Assembly (NCBI GenBank): GCA_002269645.1
Contig: NIVC01001775.1
Span: forward strand, 1-64,000
Source of the DNA: Macrostomum lignano
Lineage: Eukaryota
DNA: 64,000 nucleotides
Direction of reading: 5' to 3'
The position numbers and the translations under genes were made by a program. The notes beneath the pieces were generated by a model. It was not told where the DNA came from. It saw only the letters and a list, made by a program, of their open reading frames with translations, and searched no databases. Below, piece by piece: positions 1 through 10,830 of the stretch (its first letter is position 1; every line of letters begins with the position of its first letter).

Positions 1-1030
1 AATACACTGTAAGGAATAAGTGGCGAGTTTTATTTGGCTTCTTGAAGTCTAGTAAAACCACAGCAAATCAATTCAAATAGAGCCCCTAATATTAAAAATG
101 CAGACAGCATTAACTGTTAGCACGGCTAATTTGTTATTGGAGAAAACTGCTGAATGCTCAACTGTTAGCTCCGTACCACGAGACGAATTGGTAAGCTTAC
201 AGATACCATAATCCTCGGATAGCTCACTTCTTAGCTACATTATTTCTCTTCAAAACGGAGAGCTGACGACCTGTCTGTTGAGTTAGTTGTAAATCTTATT
301 ATTATGTCAATATTGATGATGGCCTCTGCTATCTGTGAGTTCCTGTTGATGCAGAAATCCAACTTTCTAACTTTCGGGCACTATGAGTTTTGTCCTAAGC
401 CGAATTGAATGGATATTCGATATTGAGTATATTACTCAGTTCATTCACTATTCCCTACGCGCACAGCACAGCAGACTTCTTCCATATCGAGGTTTGTTTA
501 TGGCCGATCCTACTCCAAACCGTATCCAGACCCAGAAAGCTCACTCTTGGCTGGCTTTGAGGTTAGAACTTAGAAGTGACGCCTAAGTAATATACCTCTT
601 TTGCGTCCTGTTTGGTTTTATTCATTCAAATTGTTGCGTCGCCGTCATCAGTCTGACGTAGCAGCGTGTCAGAGATTTTCCATAGACAACCCATAAAAAG
701 TTATAGACAAAGCCATGGATGATTAGTAACTATTATATCAACCTAATCTTATAAAGTGGAGTCCCTAATTATGCCCTTGGTTGTTATCCCCTATCCCAAG
801 TCCAATTTTTGTCGCTTTTTGCCAGACCCAGCATCCTGGTGTCACTGTGAGCAGAATGACGTATCATTTGTGTACGTAGGTTACTCAGGCTCCACTTTAG
901 CTCGTATGAGCTTAAGTCGACAGTCCCTTTGTCTATGGCTTAAAATTCAATGAGGTCTTTGCTAAACGCTCAAAATTTGCACGTTTATTCTCGAGTGACT
1001 TTCATTCAATCGTTCACCTGCACCCCGCAG

Positions 1031-2492
1031 CGCCATCAGCTGGAGCTGCACCGATCCGAGGTTGATTTGACAGCTGAATTCGCTTCAATTCCATTGGCGT
1101 CATTGTCTAGCAAGACTACAGTGGCGGCTAATGCCACTGCCCAAGACGATTCCACCGCTATTCCCTACGATTTCAATCGAGTGACGCTGCCGCCAACGCC
1201 TGCCAATCCTAGCGGCTATTACAATGCTTCAATGATTGACGTGGCCTGTCTTCGATTAACTAACCATCGAAGGCTCAGTCGCAACGGCGCGACTCGCCCT
1301 CGGAATCAACTTCAGTGACAGCCTGTCTGGACGCGGCCAGCGCATTTGTAGCCGCGGTCAGTCCTGGTGACAATCGGTCGGATTTCTGGCGCTCAGTTTG
1401 GCACAGCGGCGCCAGGGTGGTTGCCCAGATTGATGATAGCGCCGAAGACTGTTGCCTTGGCAACGAGGATCGTTTAGTCTGCGAGGACGGCTTAGTAGTT
1501 CAATTAGTTCCTAGTAGTCGCAGCGGGGGTTCCGCAGTTCCTAGGCTGGTTCGTCTGACCCAGGCCGGAGTAGGTCGTGAAGTCGGCATTCGACGAAAAC
1601 ATTGTCGCGACGTTTGGTTGCTTCGCTACGCCGGCGGCTGGACTAGCGATGGCTCCGTGCCAAGCAGCTTGCGCGATTTCCTCAGTGAGTTCTGCAGTAG
1701 TAACTAGACTAATTCGATATAGTAAGAGTCAGAGAGGCAGTCGTCTACCAGTTTATTCAAGTCTTGTGCTCTTGTGGTGCAGAGCACGTCTGGGTCTCGC
1801 GCCACGACGACCCTTTGGTTCGATCCCGTGCAAGGCCGAATTCGTTCATTCTTTGGTGCTTGTTTGTGCAATTCACAGCTATGAGGGCCGAACCCCCACC
1901 CCAAAGCACAGAGAGTGTACATGCCTGACGATTAGAAAGTCAGGGCCGCTGTACACCCTGTGTGAGCGTTTGTGTGAGTGCGTGCCTGGGTACAGTATTG
2001 GCGCACTTGTGTGTGCTCAGGAGTCAGCACTGGTTAGATGTATTTCCTTACATTTACGGGTATCCCTTTTTCGTATTGTCCTACGGAACTCAACCCGCAG
2101 CTTTCCTAGATGAACTGGATGCACTCCGTCGTGCGCTTCAACTGCAGCTTCAGGCTGACAGCAACTTGGACGAATCAGCTTCTAGTACGAGTAGCGGCAG
2201 AGTGCAGAGCAAAGTGTTTGACAACGACGTTGCGGAAGAACACGGCGACGTATCGACGCGACGTCAAACTGTCCGGCTGATGCTGCACTGCAGTGACGGC
2301 GCCAGCCACTGCGGCCTGGCCCTGTGCGCCCTGGTGTTCAGGGCCTGCCTGCAGCACAACCTGCCATTCAGCCTGCCAACGCTGCTGTGCGCACTGCGCG
2401 GTCAGCGAATGCGCCTAGTAGCGTCGCCTAGGCAGTACCGGTTTGTGTACGACGCAGCGATTGAGTCGCTGGAGGATACACGACTGATTTAA
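1031..2492 (+). CDS. Protein tyrosine phosphatase domain (receptor-PTP D2-like, probably inactive); last three exons 1031-1240, 1273-1684, 2101-2492; upstream exons not resolved
   Basis: PTP motifs in order: PYDFNRVTL / YYNASMI, DFWRSVW, WTSDGSVP (WPD-loop position), HCSDGASHCG (P-loop), RQYRFVY (Q-loop). GT-AG introns 1241-1272 (phase 0) and 1685-2100 (phase 1) join the three ORF-track frames exactly. Confidence 0.85.
1771..1962 (+). mobile_element. tRNA-derived SINE-like insertion in the PTP intron
   Basis: A-box-like GTGGTGCAGAG near 1774 and B box GGTTCGATCCC at 1817-1827, without a complete cloverleaf; downstream stem-loop GTGTACA..CCTGAC/GTCAGG..TGTACAC. Boundaries approximate. Confidence 0.45.
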
Positions 2493-3184
2493 CTATTAAT
2501 TGGCCAATAGTATTCATATTGAATATATTTATTGATTTTTCGGATTCTTCTTGTTGTTTTGGGAAGGAGCAGAATGTCATCCACCAAAAGAAGCGGAATC
2601 GGTCAACAGGAATTGTTAAATCTTTATTATCTAAGATGTACGAGCATCCGACAATCCTGTTATTCGTTTTTTCTACTTACAGTAGAAAAGCGAGAATTGT
2701 CAATCTAAAATTGTCGTTTCGTTTTCGTACTAAAAATTGAGAATATGATTTAGTTACTTACAAGTGTCTAACACTCGGCTTGTCATTTTGTATGTGTAAT
2801 CCATTTTTCATTCCGGTTCAAAATATATATAGTTTATACTCACTAGTTTCTACACGGCTGAGTAACGTTAACATTTTCATTTTCGAATTTGTCTTTAGTA
2901 ATTGCTATGTGACCGACGTAAACGTATTTGGCTCTCACAGCTTTTATGAAAAGCTGTGAAAATTTGAGGTTGTAGATAAAACTTAGAGACAGATTATATT
3001 AATGGGCACGGCGATTAGATCTAAAGATATCATTTTTATCTTAAAGCTTCCAACTATTAAACTGAATTCCAATATTTCCAGTCTAGTAAACTAAATTTGG
3101 ACGCTCTCTTCCCGTTTCCCGCTGCCCAGAACAAAGACAGCCAACTAGCAGAGCCCAGCTAAGCAGTAGTAGACAGCCAGCAGC

Positions 3185-5280
3185 ATGGTGAAGTTATTCG
3201 TTGGCGGCCTGTCGTCACGCGTTGATCCGGCCGAATTAGAGTCCGCTTTCGCCAAATTCGGCCGAGTTGTCTCGTTGGATTTGGTGAAAGATTTTGCATT
3301 TGTGGTGATGGAAGACGAATCGGCTGGTCGGGCAGCTATTGAAGGGCTGGCTGATGCGCAAGTCGGCAACAATCGCATCTATGTGTCCATGGCTAGGGAC
3401 AAAAAAGAGCGCGGCTTTGATGCATTCAGAGGCGGCAGAGGTAGCGGCGGTCCTCCGCAGTTTGACGGCGGAGTTGGTCGAGGCCGCGGAGGTCGCGGCG
3501 GCGCCGAAGGCTCCGGCTTTCCCCCAAGTGAAGCAGATTTTGGGGGCTTCCGAGGAGGCGGCGGCCGTGGCCGAGGTGAAGGTGCTGGACGCGGCGGTGG
3601 AGGCTTTGGCAGCGAATTTCGCAGCAGAGGACGGGGCCGAGGCGGTGGCGCAGGCGGGATTGGAGAATCAGTTGGTTTTGACGAATATAATGAAGGCGGC
3701 CGCGGAGGCTTCGGTGGAGAGTTTCGCGGCAGAGGTCGGGGCCGCGGCGATGGAAGCGATTCCAAGGCGATGCCAGCGCCGGCCGTGGAGGCCTCGGCGG
3801 CGACTTTCGCGGCAGAGGTCGAGGCCGCGGCAGTAGCGGAGGAGGCGATGGAAGCGATTTTCAGGAAGGTGATGCTAGTGGCGGTCGCGGAGGCTTCAGC
3901 GCGGACTTTCGCGGCAGAGGTCGAGGCCGCGGCGGTAGCGCAGGAGGCGGAAGCGACTTCCAGGAAAGTGGCGAAGGTGGTAGCAGCCGCGGAGGCTTTG
4001 GTGGAGAGTTCCGCGGCGGAGGTCGGGGCCGCGGTGCAGGCGGTGGCGGAAGCGACTTCCAGGAAGGTGGCGAAGGTGGTAGCAGCCGCGGAGGCTTTGG
4101 TGGAGAGTTCCGCGGCAGAGGTCGAGGCCGCGGTGATGGAAGCGATTTCCAAGAAGGCGATGCCAGTGCCGGCCGTGGAGGCTTCGGCGGCGACTTTCGT
4201 GGAAGAGGTCGGGGCCGCGGCGGTCATAACGAGTTTCAAGACGACGATGCGGCAGTCAGTCGCGGCGGCATCGGCGGAGAATTCCGCGGTCGAGGCGGTC
4301 GGGGTCGCGGTGCAGGCAGCTACATTCCAGAAGGCGATAATCGTGGTGGCGGCTACGGCGGAGAATTCCGTGGCAGAGGTCGCGGCCGCGGCGGTGGGGA
4401 CGGTGGCAGCTTTGAGTACGCTGATTACACTGAAGGCGACGTACCTGGCAGCCGGGGCGGCTACCGCGGCAGAGGACGAGGGCGTGGCAGAGGCGGATTC
4501 GGGGGCTTCAGTGAATTTCCAGAAGGCTACGGAGGAGAATTTCACGGCAGAGGGCGCGGCCGCGGCGGAGGAGACGGAGGCTACCGCGACTATCAAGAAA
4601 GCGACGGATCGCGCGGCCACAGAGGTCGTAGAGGTAGAGGCGGTCGAGGCGGTGGCTTCGACGAGTTCCGGGACACCAGTGGCGGGTTTGACTACTATCG
4701 GAGTGATTTTCCGCCACAAGATGTTGACGGCTTCAACGTTGGCGACCCGAGTCGTGGACGTGCCGGTCCCGCTGGCTACGAAGAACTCCGCGGCGGTCAT
4801 GTTCACGAATTTGAAGACGAATATCGTGGTCACACTGGCCTTGGCGAGTTTCGCGGTGGCAGCATGGAGGGACCCGGACCCGGATATGGCGGCTACGATG
4901 AAGAATTTCATGACGCTGGCGGCGGCTACCCTGCAGCAGATTCGGAACACTTTGGTGATCGCAGCTTTGACGGTAGCGGCTATATGGAGCAGCCGTATCG
5001 GCAGGCAGGGCCGCCGCCGACGCAAGCTGCACTGCCTCCACCTGCGGCGCCATCGACTGATCAGGACTACCGTTTTGAACGAGCGCCTCCAATTCCTCGG
5101 CCAGCTGCGTTTAACACCGCTGCTGAGCCAGCTGCTGCGGCTGAACAGACCGAGTCAGTTTACTGTAGCATTGATCATCACGGCTACTGCCGGGACCCCA
5201 GCGTGAGACCGCCGCCCGAGTATTATCTGCAGCGCAGCCATCCCTACGATAAGCGGGTTGGACGCGGAATTTGGGGCTAA
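3185..5280 (+). CDS. Intronless RRM + long RGG/RG-repeat RNA-binding protein (about 698 aa once a 1-nt deletion near 3760 is corrected)
   Basis: N-terminal RRM (KLFVGGL, KDFAFV). At 3758-3765 GATTCCAA replaces the GATTTCCAA seen in a sister repeat near 4145. Restoring one T continues GRGGFGGDFRGRGRGRG repeats in the frame of ORF 4864-5280 to TAA at 5278-5280. Confidence 0.8.
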
Positions 5281-6127
5281 GTCTGGCCCTTGGCAGTGAA
5301 ATCGCTAGCATTTTTCAGTCCGTTAATGCTGAGTTGTCAGTAGTATGTGTATACCAGTTTTATCACGCGTGTATTAAATCAGTTCCATTGTATGAAATGA
5401 ATTTGCTCGGCATTTTTATATCTTGTCATGCATTATGCACTATCGTTGGTCTGGAAAAGTACAATGTGTACAGACATTACAATGGCTGCTTTTTGGTAGT
5501 TAAAATGATTCAATTTATAGTTTGTTTCGATTTTTTTCTTTTAAGTACGAGTGTAGCTAGTAGCACTGTACAAGCTAGTCGTTCTCTGAGTCAATATCGA
5601 GTGCTTGTATCCAGATCACTGAACGCAAGTAGGCTGTTTTATCACGCAAGAAAAAGTATCTAAAAAATCTGTTTTTAATTGCTTTAGAGTGCGAACAAAA
5701 TAGTAAAGAGCAACGATCTGAAAATAAATACGAGTATAACAAAATAATTTAGAATAACACGAATCCAGTATTAAAATTGTCCAAACTCGTACTTAACGTA
5801 GACTAGCAAACAGTCCTTAAAACCGATTCCGGCTATTGTCTATAACCGGGTCCTATCGAAAGTATTCACGATCCTTTCTTTGTCCGCCGGACTGATTTTA
5901 GCGTATGGTCCTCTCTGCGCATTTTCTTTAATTTAGCCATGCCTTCCGGCTTTGGCCAAAACTGTTCACAGTTTAAAAAACCGAACTGATTTCTGTTGTC
6001 TATGGTTTTCTAAGGTTTTTCTATGGAAAATCTGTGCTGACGGCCACGCAACCAATTAGATGAAGTAAAGGCCTAATAGAACGCTGTTTTTTACAGCGCT
6101 ATATGGGGTTTCACCATAAGGCATTCA

Positions 6128-6200
6128 GGGCCGTAGCCCAGTGGTCCAGCGCAGCTCTCTCGTGCTCTCATGGCCCAGGCTCGATTCCAATTGCAGTCGA
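6128..6200 (+). mobile_element. tRNA-derived SINE head or tRNA pseudogene
   Basis: A box TAGCCCAGTGGT (6134-6145) and B-box-like GGCTCGATTCC (6178-6188); acceptor stem does not close. Confidence 0.4.
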
Positions 6201-6562
6201 GCTTCTTCCCTTTCATTTTAAGGACTAAAAGAACTAAGACAATGAAAACAGCCTGAGTGGGACAAGCAAATGGGGCCCCGCTCGTTAATATTGAATTTTC
6301 AAAGATTTTGCTTGCAAAGTTGCTTTAATTAGATGACAAATCTGTCGCGGCGCTTGGAACTTTTTTTATTACACGAGCGTGATCGCTGCATTGCTATATT
6401 TTTCCTCTTTTTGTGCTTTGGTTTCAGCTCGTTGGGAGGGACTTGTCACAGGGGGAGCGAAGGGGGTTGACGGGGACAGTAGTGCAAGCGCGCGCGTCAA
6501 ATTTCAGTCAATTCTGCCTCGTTCATAGCCAATTAGGCTTTATTGCCGCAGTTGACTTTAGT

Positions 6563-6994
6563 TTAGGACTGCTCGATCGACTGCATCGGAAAGTCCTGCT
6601 GATCGGAGGGACGCAGGCCGATGCTCGCATAGACCGGCTTATCAAAGCAGGCGTAGTGGCCGTTAGATGACTGCTGGCAGCACTCGGCGAACTTGTCCTG
6701 GTCGAACAGCGTCTCTGTCGATCGGCTGTGCGACATGAACTCGTACCAGGCGCACACCAGGCAGCTGTTGAATATGGCAGGACCGTGCTCCGGGTCGGCG
6801 CAGGCGCCAACCATTTCCAGACGGTTGACGCCGATGCCTGGCTTTGGTGTCGGCTGGGTGGCGGCGTCGATCGGGTACTGCGTAGGGAAGACGTCGTCAT
6901 CGAAATACGGCAGCTTCAGGGAGGCGGCCGAGGTGCCGACAACCAGGCCGGTAGCCAAAACGCCTAGGCAGGTCAGTAGGCTTAGGTAGGACAT
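6563..6994 (-). CDS. Small secreted cysteine-rich protein (143 aa), family unknown
   Basis: Hydrophobic signal peptide MSYLSLLTCLGVLATGLVVGTSAA; six mature Cys spaced C-x12-C-x2-C-x23-CC-x9-C; GC-rich ORF between AT-rich flanks; TATA box upstream. Confidence 0.75.
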   Translation of the reverse strand: MSYLSLLTCLGVLATGLVVGTSAASLKLPYFDDDVFPTQYPIDAATQPTPKPGIGVNRLEMVGACADPEHGPAIFNSCLVCAWYEFMSHSRSTETLFDQDKFAECCQQSSNGHYACFDKPVYASIGLRPSDQQDFPMQSIEQS

Positions 6995-7082
6995 TTGCTT
7001 ATTAGTTTGAATGTTAAAGAGACTTTTAGAAGTTCAAACTGCGCTCTGAAGTTTTGCTGCTGAGGCTGAGGAAGCAGATTTG

Positions 7083-7090
7083 TATTTATA
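7083..7090 (-). promoter_or_regulatory. Candidate TATA box for the secreted-protein gene
   Basis: TATAAATA on the minus strand about 90 bp upstream of the ATG at 6994. Confidence 0.5.
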
Positions 7091-8703
7091 GACTTTTCCC
7101 GTTTATCTGCCGCCTACCCGCTTCCCTACGCAAACAGGCGACAATTGGCTGCTCGATCATATTGGCTGTGCAAAAAAGACGCGGTTCGACTGCCGCGGTC
7201 TGACTTGGGGCGTTTCTGAGATCGGAAAGAAAGCAGAAAGAAGGAATCCTATCTGGCCCTTACTCAGAAATCCTGCCATTTTTCTGCTAGTATTTTAAGC
7301 AATTGTTTATTATTGTACAAAACTGTTTGAATTAGAGTTTGAGCCCCATCTTACATGTGACTTCGTTGTGAATCGTTGATAAAAAAGTATCTGAATGCAA
7401 AAATCAGTTCGAAGGACTCTGAAGGAAATCACGAGAGAATTACGAAATAGCGAATCTCTGAAAGAAGGAATTCAAAAAAAAATTAGAATTAAACTTGTGA
7501 CTTAATAGAAAGTTTAGTATAGTTATTTTAGTATAATGGATTACCGCTATAAAATGAGTTGCACTTTCAACCCTAGCTTTACAGCTACCCATGACCACGG
7601 GCGTATGTTCTTTTGGTAACATTTGCGTAATCATGCATTGCGTCATGCGAATAGATAGTGCATTGCTGCTCTAGATAGTGCCAAAAACGATCGAAAAAGA
7701 ATGTCGAGCAGTGTGACACGATCAGCCTCAGTTACAGCGCTTGTTAAGTTATAAAATATAAACAATAATCGCCCGATACGAGGAGATTCTTTGTATATAA
7801 TCCACGGCATGTGCGACTCGCTATCCATGTCTATCCATCTGGTTGGTTTGTCTATGGTAGCAGAGTTACGCTACTGATTATCACCGCTCATTTAACACTG
7901 GGGGAATAGACGAGGCGCACAGGCAAAGTGGATTACGAGTACATTCAAAGTACTTTAAACAACGTTGTCTTTGGCCATGAAGTTGGCTTCAAGACTTTTT
8001 TCTTGATTCTCTTGACTACCGGTGGTTGGGATTGCTTGCTGGGAACAACCATGGACAAGATAGTCTATTTTCGAACATTCCATTCATCTGTTGACGTAAT
8101 GATTCCCGCGGAAAGGGTGGACACTGTTGCTGAGTATATTTAATCTTACATGTAGGCATCGCACAGCCTGCAGAAACTCCCGAAAGTTGTCTATGGCCGC
8201 AAAGATTAAAGTTACTTGTCTGTGTCTAAAGTATTGCCAGTTTGGAAAAGTTAGTGACAATATTATATGGAAAACACTGCGCCTCTGGACCCCTTGGAAT
8301 TTTTTATTCCGACGAAGAGAAGCACGAAGGAGTGCGACGCTTCAAGATGATAAAAAATGAAGACATTGGAAGAGAGCTGCTGCTAGGACTACAACATCGG
8401 ATGTTGAAATTGTGTCCAACAATCCGTCAGTCTTAGAAGCCTAGTGGCTCCGGACGCCAATGAAAGCGACTCTGGCTGTGGATGCTTCAGACTGGCTCCC
8501 GAAGCCAAGGAAACGGCTCTGGTGCCTGTCGTTGGTCAAGGGGTTGGAGTTTATGTTTCGAAACGCGCGTATGTGAATATTATATTGCTATCATAGTCTA
8601 TGAGCATTCCTTTTTGCCCCTCTCAGTCTCTTGCTCAAATAACCGAAGTGCTGTTAACAGATCAAGAAAAAATATATCGTATCATTTTGTAGGTGTTTTT
8701 AGA

Positions 8704-9318
8704 GGTATACCCATAGATCTTATATTCCCTAGATAGGCCACTCTCAGTGCATTCATTAGGAAAAGACCGACCACGAAAATTGCAAGAAAGATTGAATTAA
8801 GCCGACAGCGTTTAAGACAAGTCTGAGGTCAGTAGCTTAAAGGGACATGACATATTTCTTTCGTGGTTACAAAAATATTCACAACAGACACAAAGTTCAC
8901 TGGTCCTCGCGTCCTTGCGCTTTGCTATCAAACAAATGGGCGGAAGAGCGCTGAATTCGAGGGCTGCCATGTTCGGGGATGCAGCGCACATAGCTCGTAA
9001 ATTGCCGCCACCAACAAGTAATGGAGTCAACATGTCGCTGCACAACTTCCCTAGGAGTGACTTGAATCGTTAAGCGGCCCTAAGTCGTCCTTTAAGTCAT
9101 AGGAGTCAGGCATAGCCTTTTTCCGGAACAAGGACTACACGGACTGCAAGTATGGCTTGCGCCTGCCGTCTAAATATACCTTTAAAAACCCCTAAGACGC
9201 GCACAAGCTACTGACCTGATACCGTGGTCGCAAAATCTTCAAGAAAGACGAAGGCTCTATGGGTGTGCTTGTGGTCGTGAGTGGCTTATCTAGGGAATAT
9301 AAGATCTATGGGTATACC
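8704..9318. mobile_element. MITE / non-autonomous DNA transposon (about 0.6 kb)
   Basis: 40-bp inverted repeats 8704-8743 and 9279-9318 with one mismatch (GGTATACCCATAGATCTTATATTCCCTAGATARGCCACTC); no internal ORF. The outermost GGTATA/TATACC may be target site plus a TA or TATA duplication. Confidence 0.8.
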
Positions 9319-9679
9319 AATCGAGCCTAATGTCTATGGCCAAACCACACCGAACAAAAAACTTTATTTAATACGACTTCAGCGTTTCGTCCAATTGTAT
9401 AAGATCCATCTCATTGAGCAGGTCTCGATCCTGATCCAGATCCTGACCGAGTAAAATCTCCTCGGGTTCGTTCACATCTAATTGAGCCAGATCGTCGAAC
9501 ATGCTGAGCATGGTTGACTCGCGCTGAATACTCGTACTCTCGCCAATCTCAGCCGAGGAGGTGCCGCGACCACGTCTCCTTCTGACATGTGTAGTAGGCC
9601 AATTCGTTCACCCGATGCCGCGTCGTAGATCACGACTATGAGCTTTGGTATACACGATCGTTAAAATTAAGACAATACT

Positions 9680-10312
9680 AGAATGAAAATACGGCTCGTA
9701 ATTCCACTAAGGCCGCTCAACACCAAGTTTAGATCATAGATATTTCAAGCGTGCACCAATGGAGAGATGACTCGTGCCTAGGTCGCGACATCGATACTTG
9801 TGACGTTGAATATCTAGCTGAAAAGTTAAAGTACTTTTACGCTACACTTCGACAAGACCTTTTATGCACCAACTACGCTGATCTGTGTTAGAGCCGGACT
9901 CTGTCGCTATTTTTTGCGTGTTCGCCGGCTGAATATCATTGAGGATATCGCTTTTACTCAAAGCTAATTTGGCGTTAAAAGCCGTTGGCAGACTTTTTCT
10001 TAAAGCTGGCGGAAGGATCGAACATTTTGAGGCAATTTGCAAGGAAGACCTGGAAAAGCTATCTAGCTATTTTGATCGGTCAACTCCAACTACTTCTGCA
10101 CGAGGTGTACTTCGTACTCGTTTACTTTTTTGGTCAACGTAGACCCAAAAGTGGTCGTGCCTGTCACCAAGCTCGGACCTGTTTCGTCCAGTCAGCACCT
10201 TATGAATCAGGTGATCGACGTGGATTCCACCAACGTAGTAGGGAACCGTTCAGCGTTTTCGCTTAACTTCAATGGAACTTTTGCGAACTGCGCGTTCAAT
10301 TTCAAGCCCTAG
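9680..10312 (+). mobile_element. Degenerate, internally deleted Crypton-type tyrosine recombinase remnant
   Basis: Frameshifted translation LAEKLKYFYATLRQD..YAPTTLICVRAGLCRY..NIIED / KANLALKAVG..EHFEAICKEDLEKLSSYF / EVYFVLVYFFGQR resembles the Crypton/DUF3504 N-terminal half. It ends in FANCAFNF; the catalytic half is missing. Confidence 0.6.
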
Positions 10313-10830
10313 GATGCAACCTGACATCGTCAATGCTACCCAAACTGAAAAAACTACTAAGTTTTGCCGACATTTGTTTTCGTAGTATTGCAGTTATATG
10401 TTTTAAATTCCTGTGGTTTCAATGTGGTATCAATTTCCAGTTCAACTTAAATAATAATTAGTATTCTAAATTTTCTAGCAATTCAATTCAGACAATTTAG
10501 ACTGGGGCCCAGTCTGACCCCAGTTCAAAACATTCTAACCGAAGTAAGGTTTAGCCATAGACAAAATTATCCTCAGTCTGAATTGAATTTCCGCTAGTTT
10601 TTTTAGAACTGGACTTTGATCAAAATTGAACGTGAAAAGGTGTACTACATAATTGCTATGCGAGTCGCCCGCCCGAAGTTGGCATTTCAATAAGTGACTT
10701 CACTGAACGAAGACACAGCATTGTTGTAGCGTATCCAGATGTATTTGATTATGCGAACATAGGATCCTTGCATATTAGTTCCCCTACTTTTATATCTTTG
10801 AAAAGCAGCTTCTTTCACATATCCGGCAAT

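Noticed and set aside
756-953. Possible upstream PTP exon (..EQNDVSFVY|GTAGGT)
   Set aside because: Phase is compatible but similarity to a D1 Q-loop is too weak to support without transcript data.
1915-1956. CTGACGA..GAAA resembling a hammerhead ribozyme core
   Set aside because: Only 3 nt between the two motifs (no stem II), and the bases are sequestered in the CCTGAC/GTCAGG hairpin.
3379-5025. 548-aa antisense ORF over the RRM-RGG gene (likewise antisense ORFs over NEK1 exons and LINE ORF1)
   Set aside because: Expected shadow of GC-rich low-complexity coding sequence; no independent domain or splice signal.
6563-6994. Assignment of the secreted protein to insulin-like or CHH/ITP families
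   Set aside because: Cys spacing lacks the CC-x3-C-x8-C A chain and the C-x12-C-x3-C CHH spacing; no processing sites.
8230-8500. Possible Gypsy RNase H remnant (SNNPSVL..TLAVDASD)
   Set aside because: One short motif only; the expected G-x-V-L-x-Q continuation is absent. Too weak to call.
9368-9511. 47-aa acidic minus-strand ORF upstream of the Crypton remnant
   Set aside because: Too short, no recognisable motif; may be part of the decayed element.
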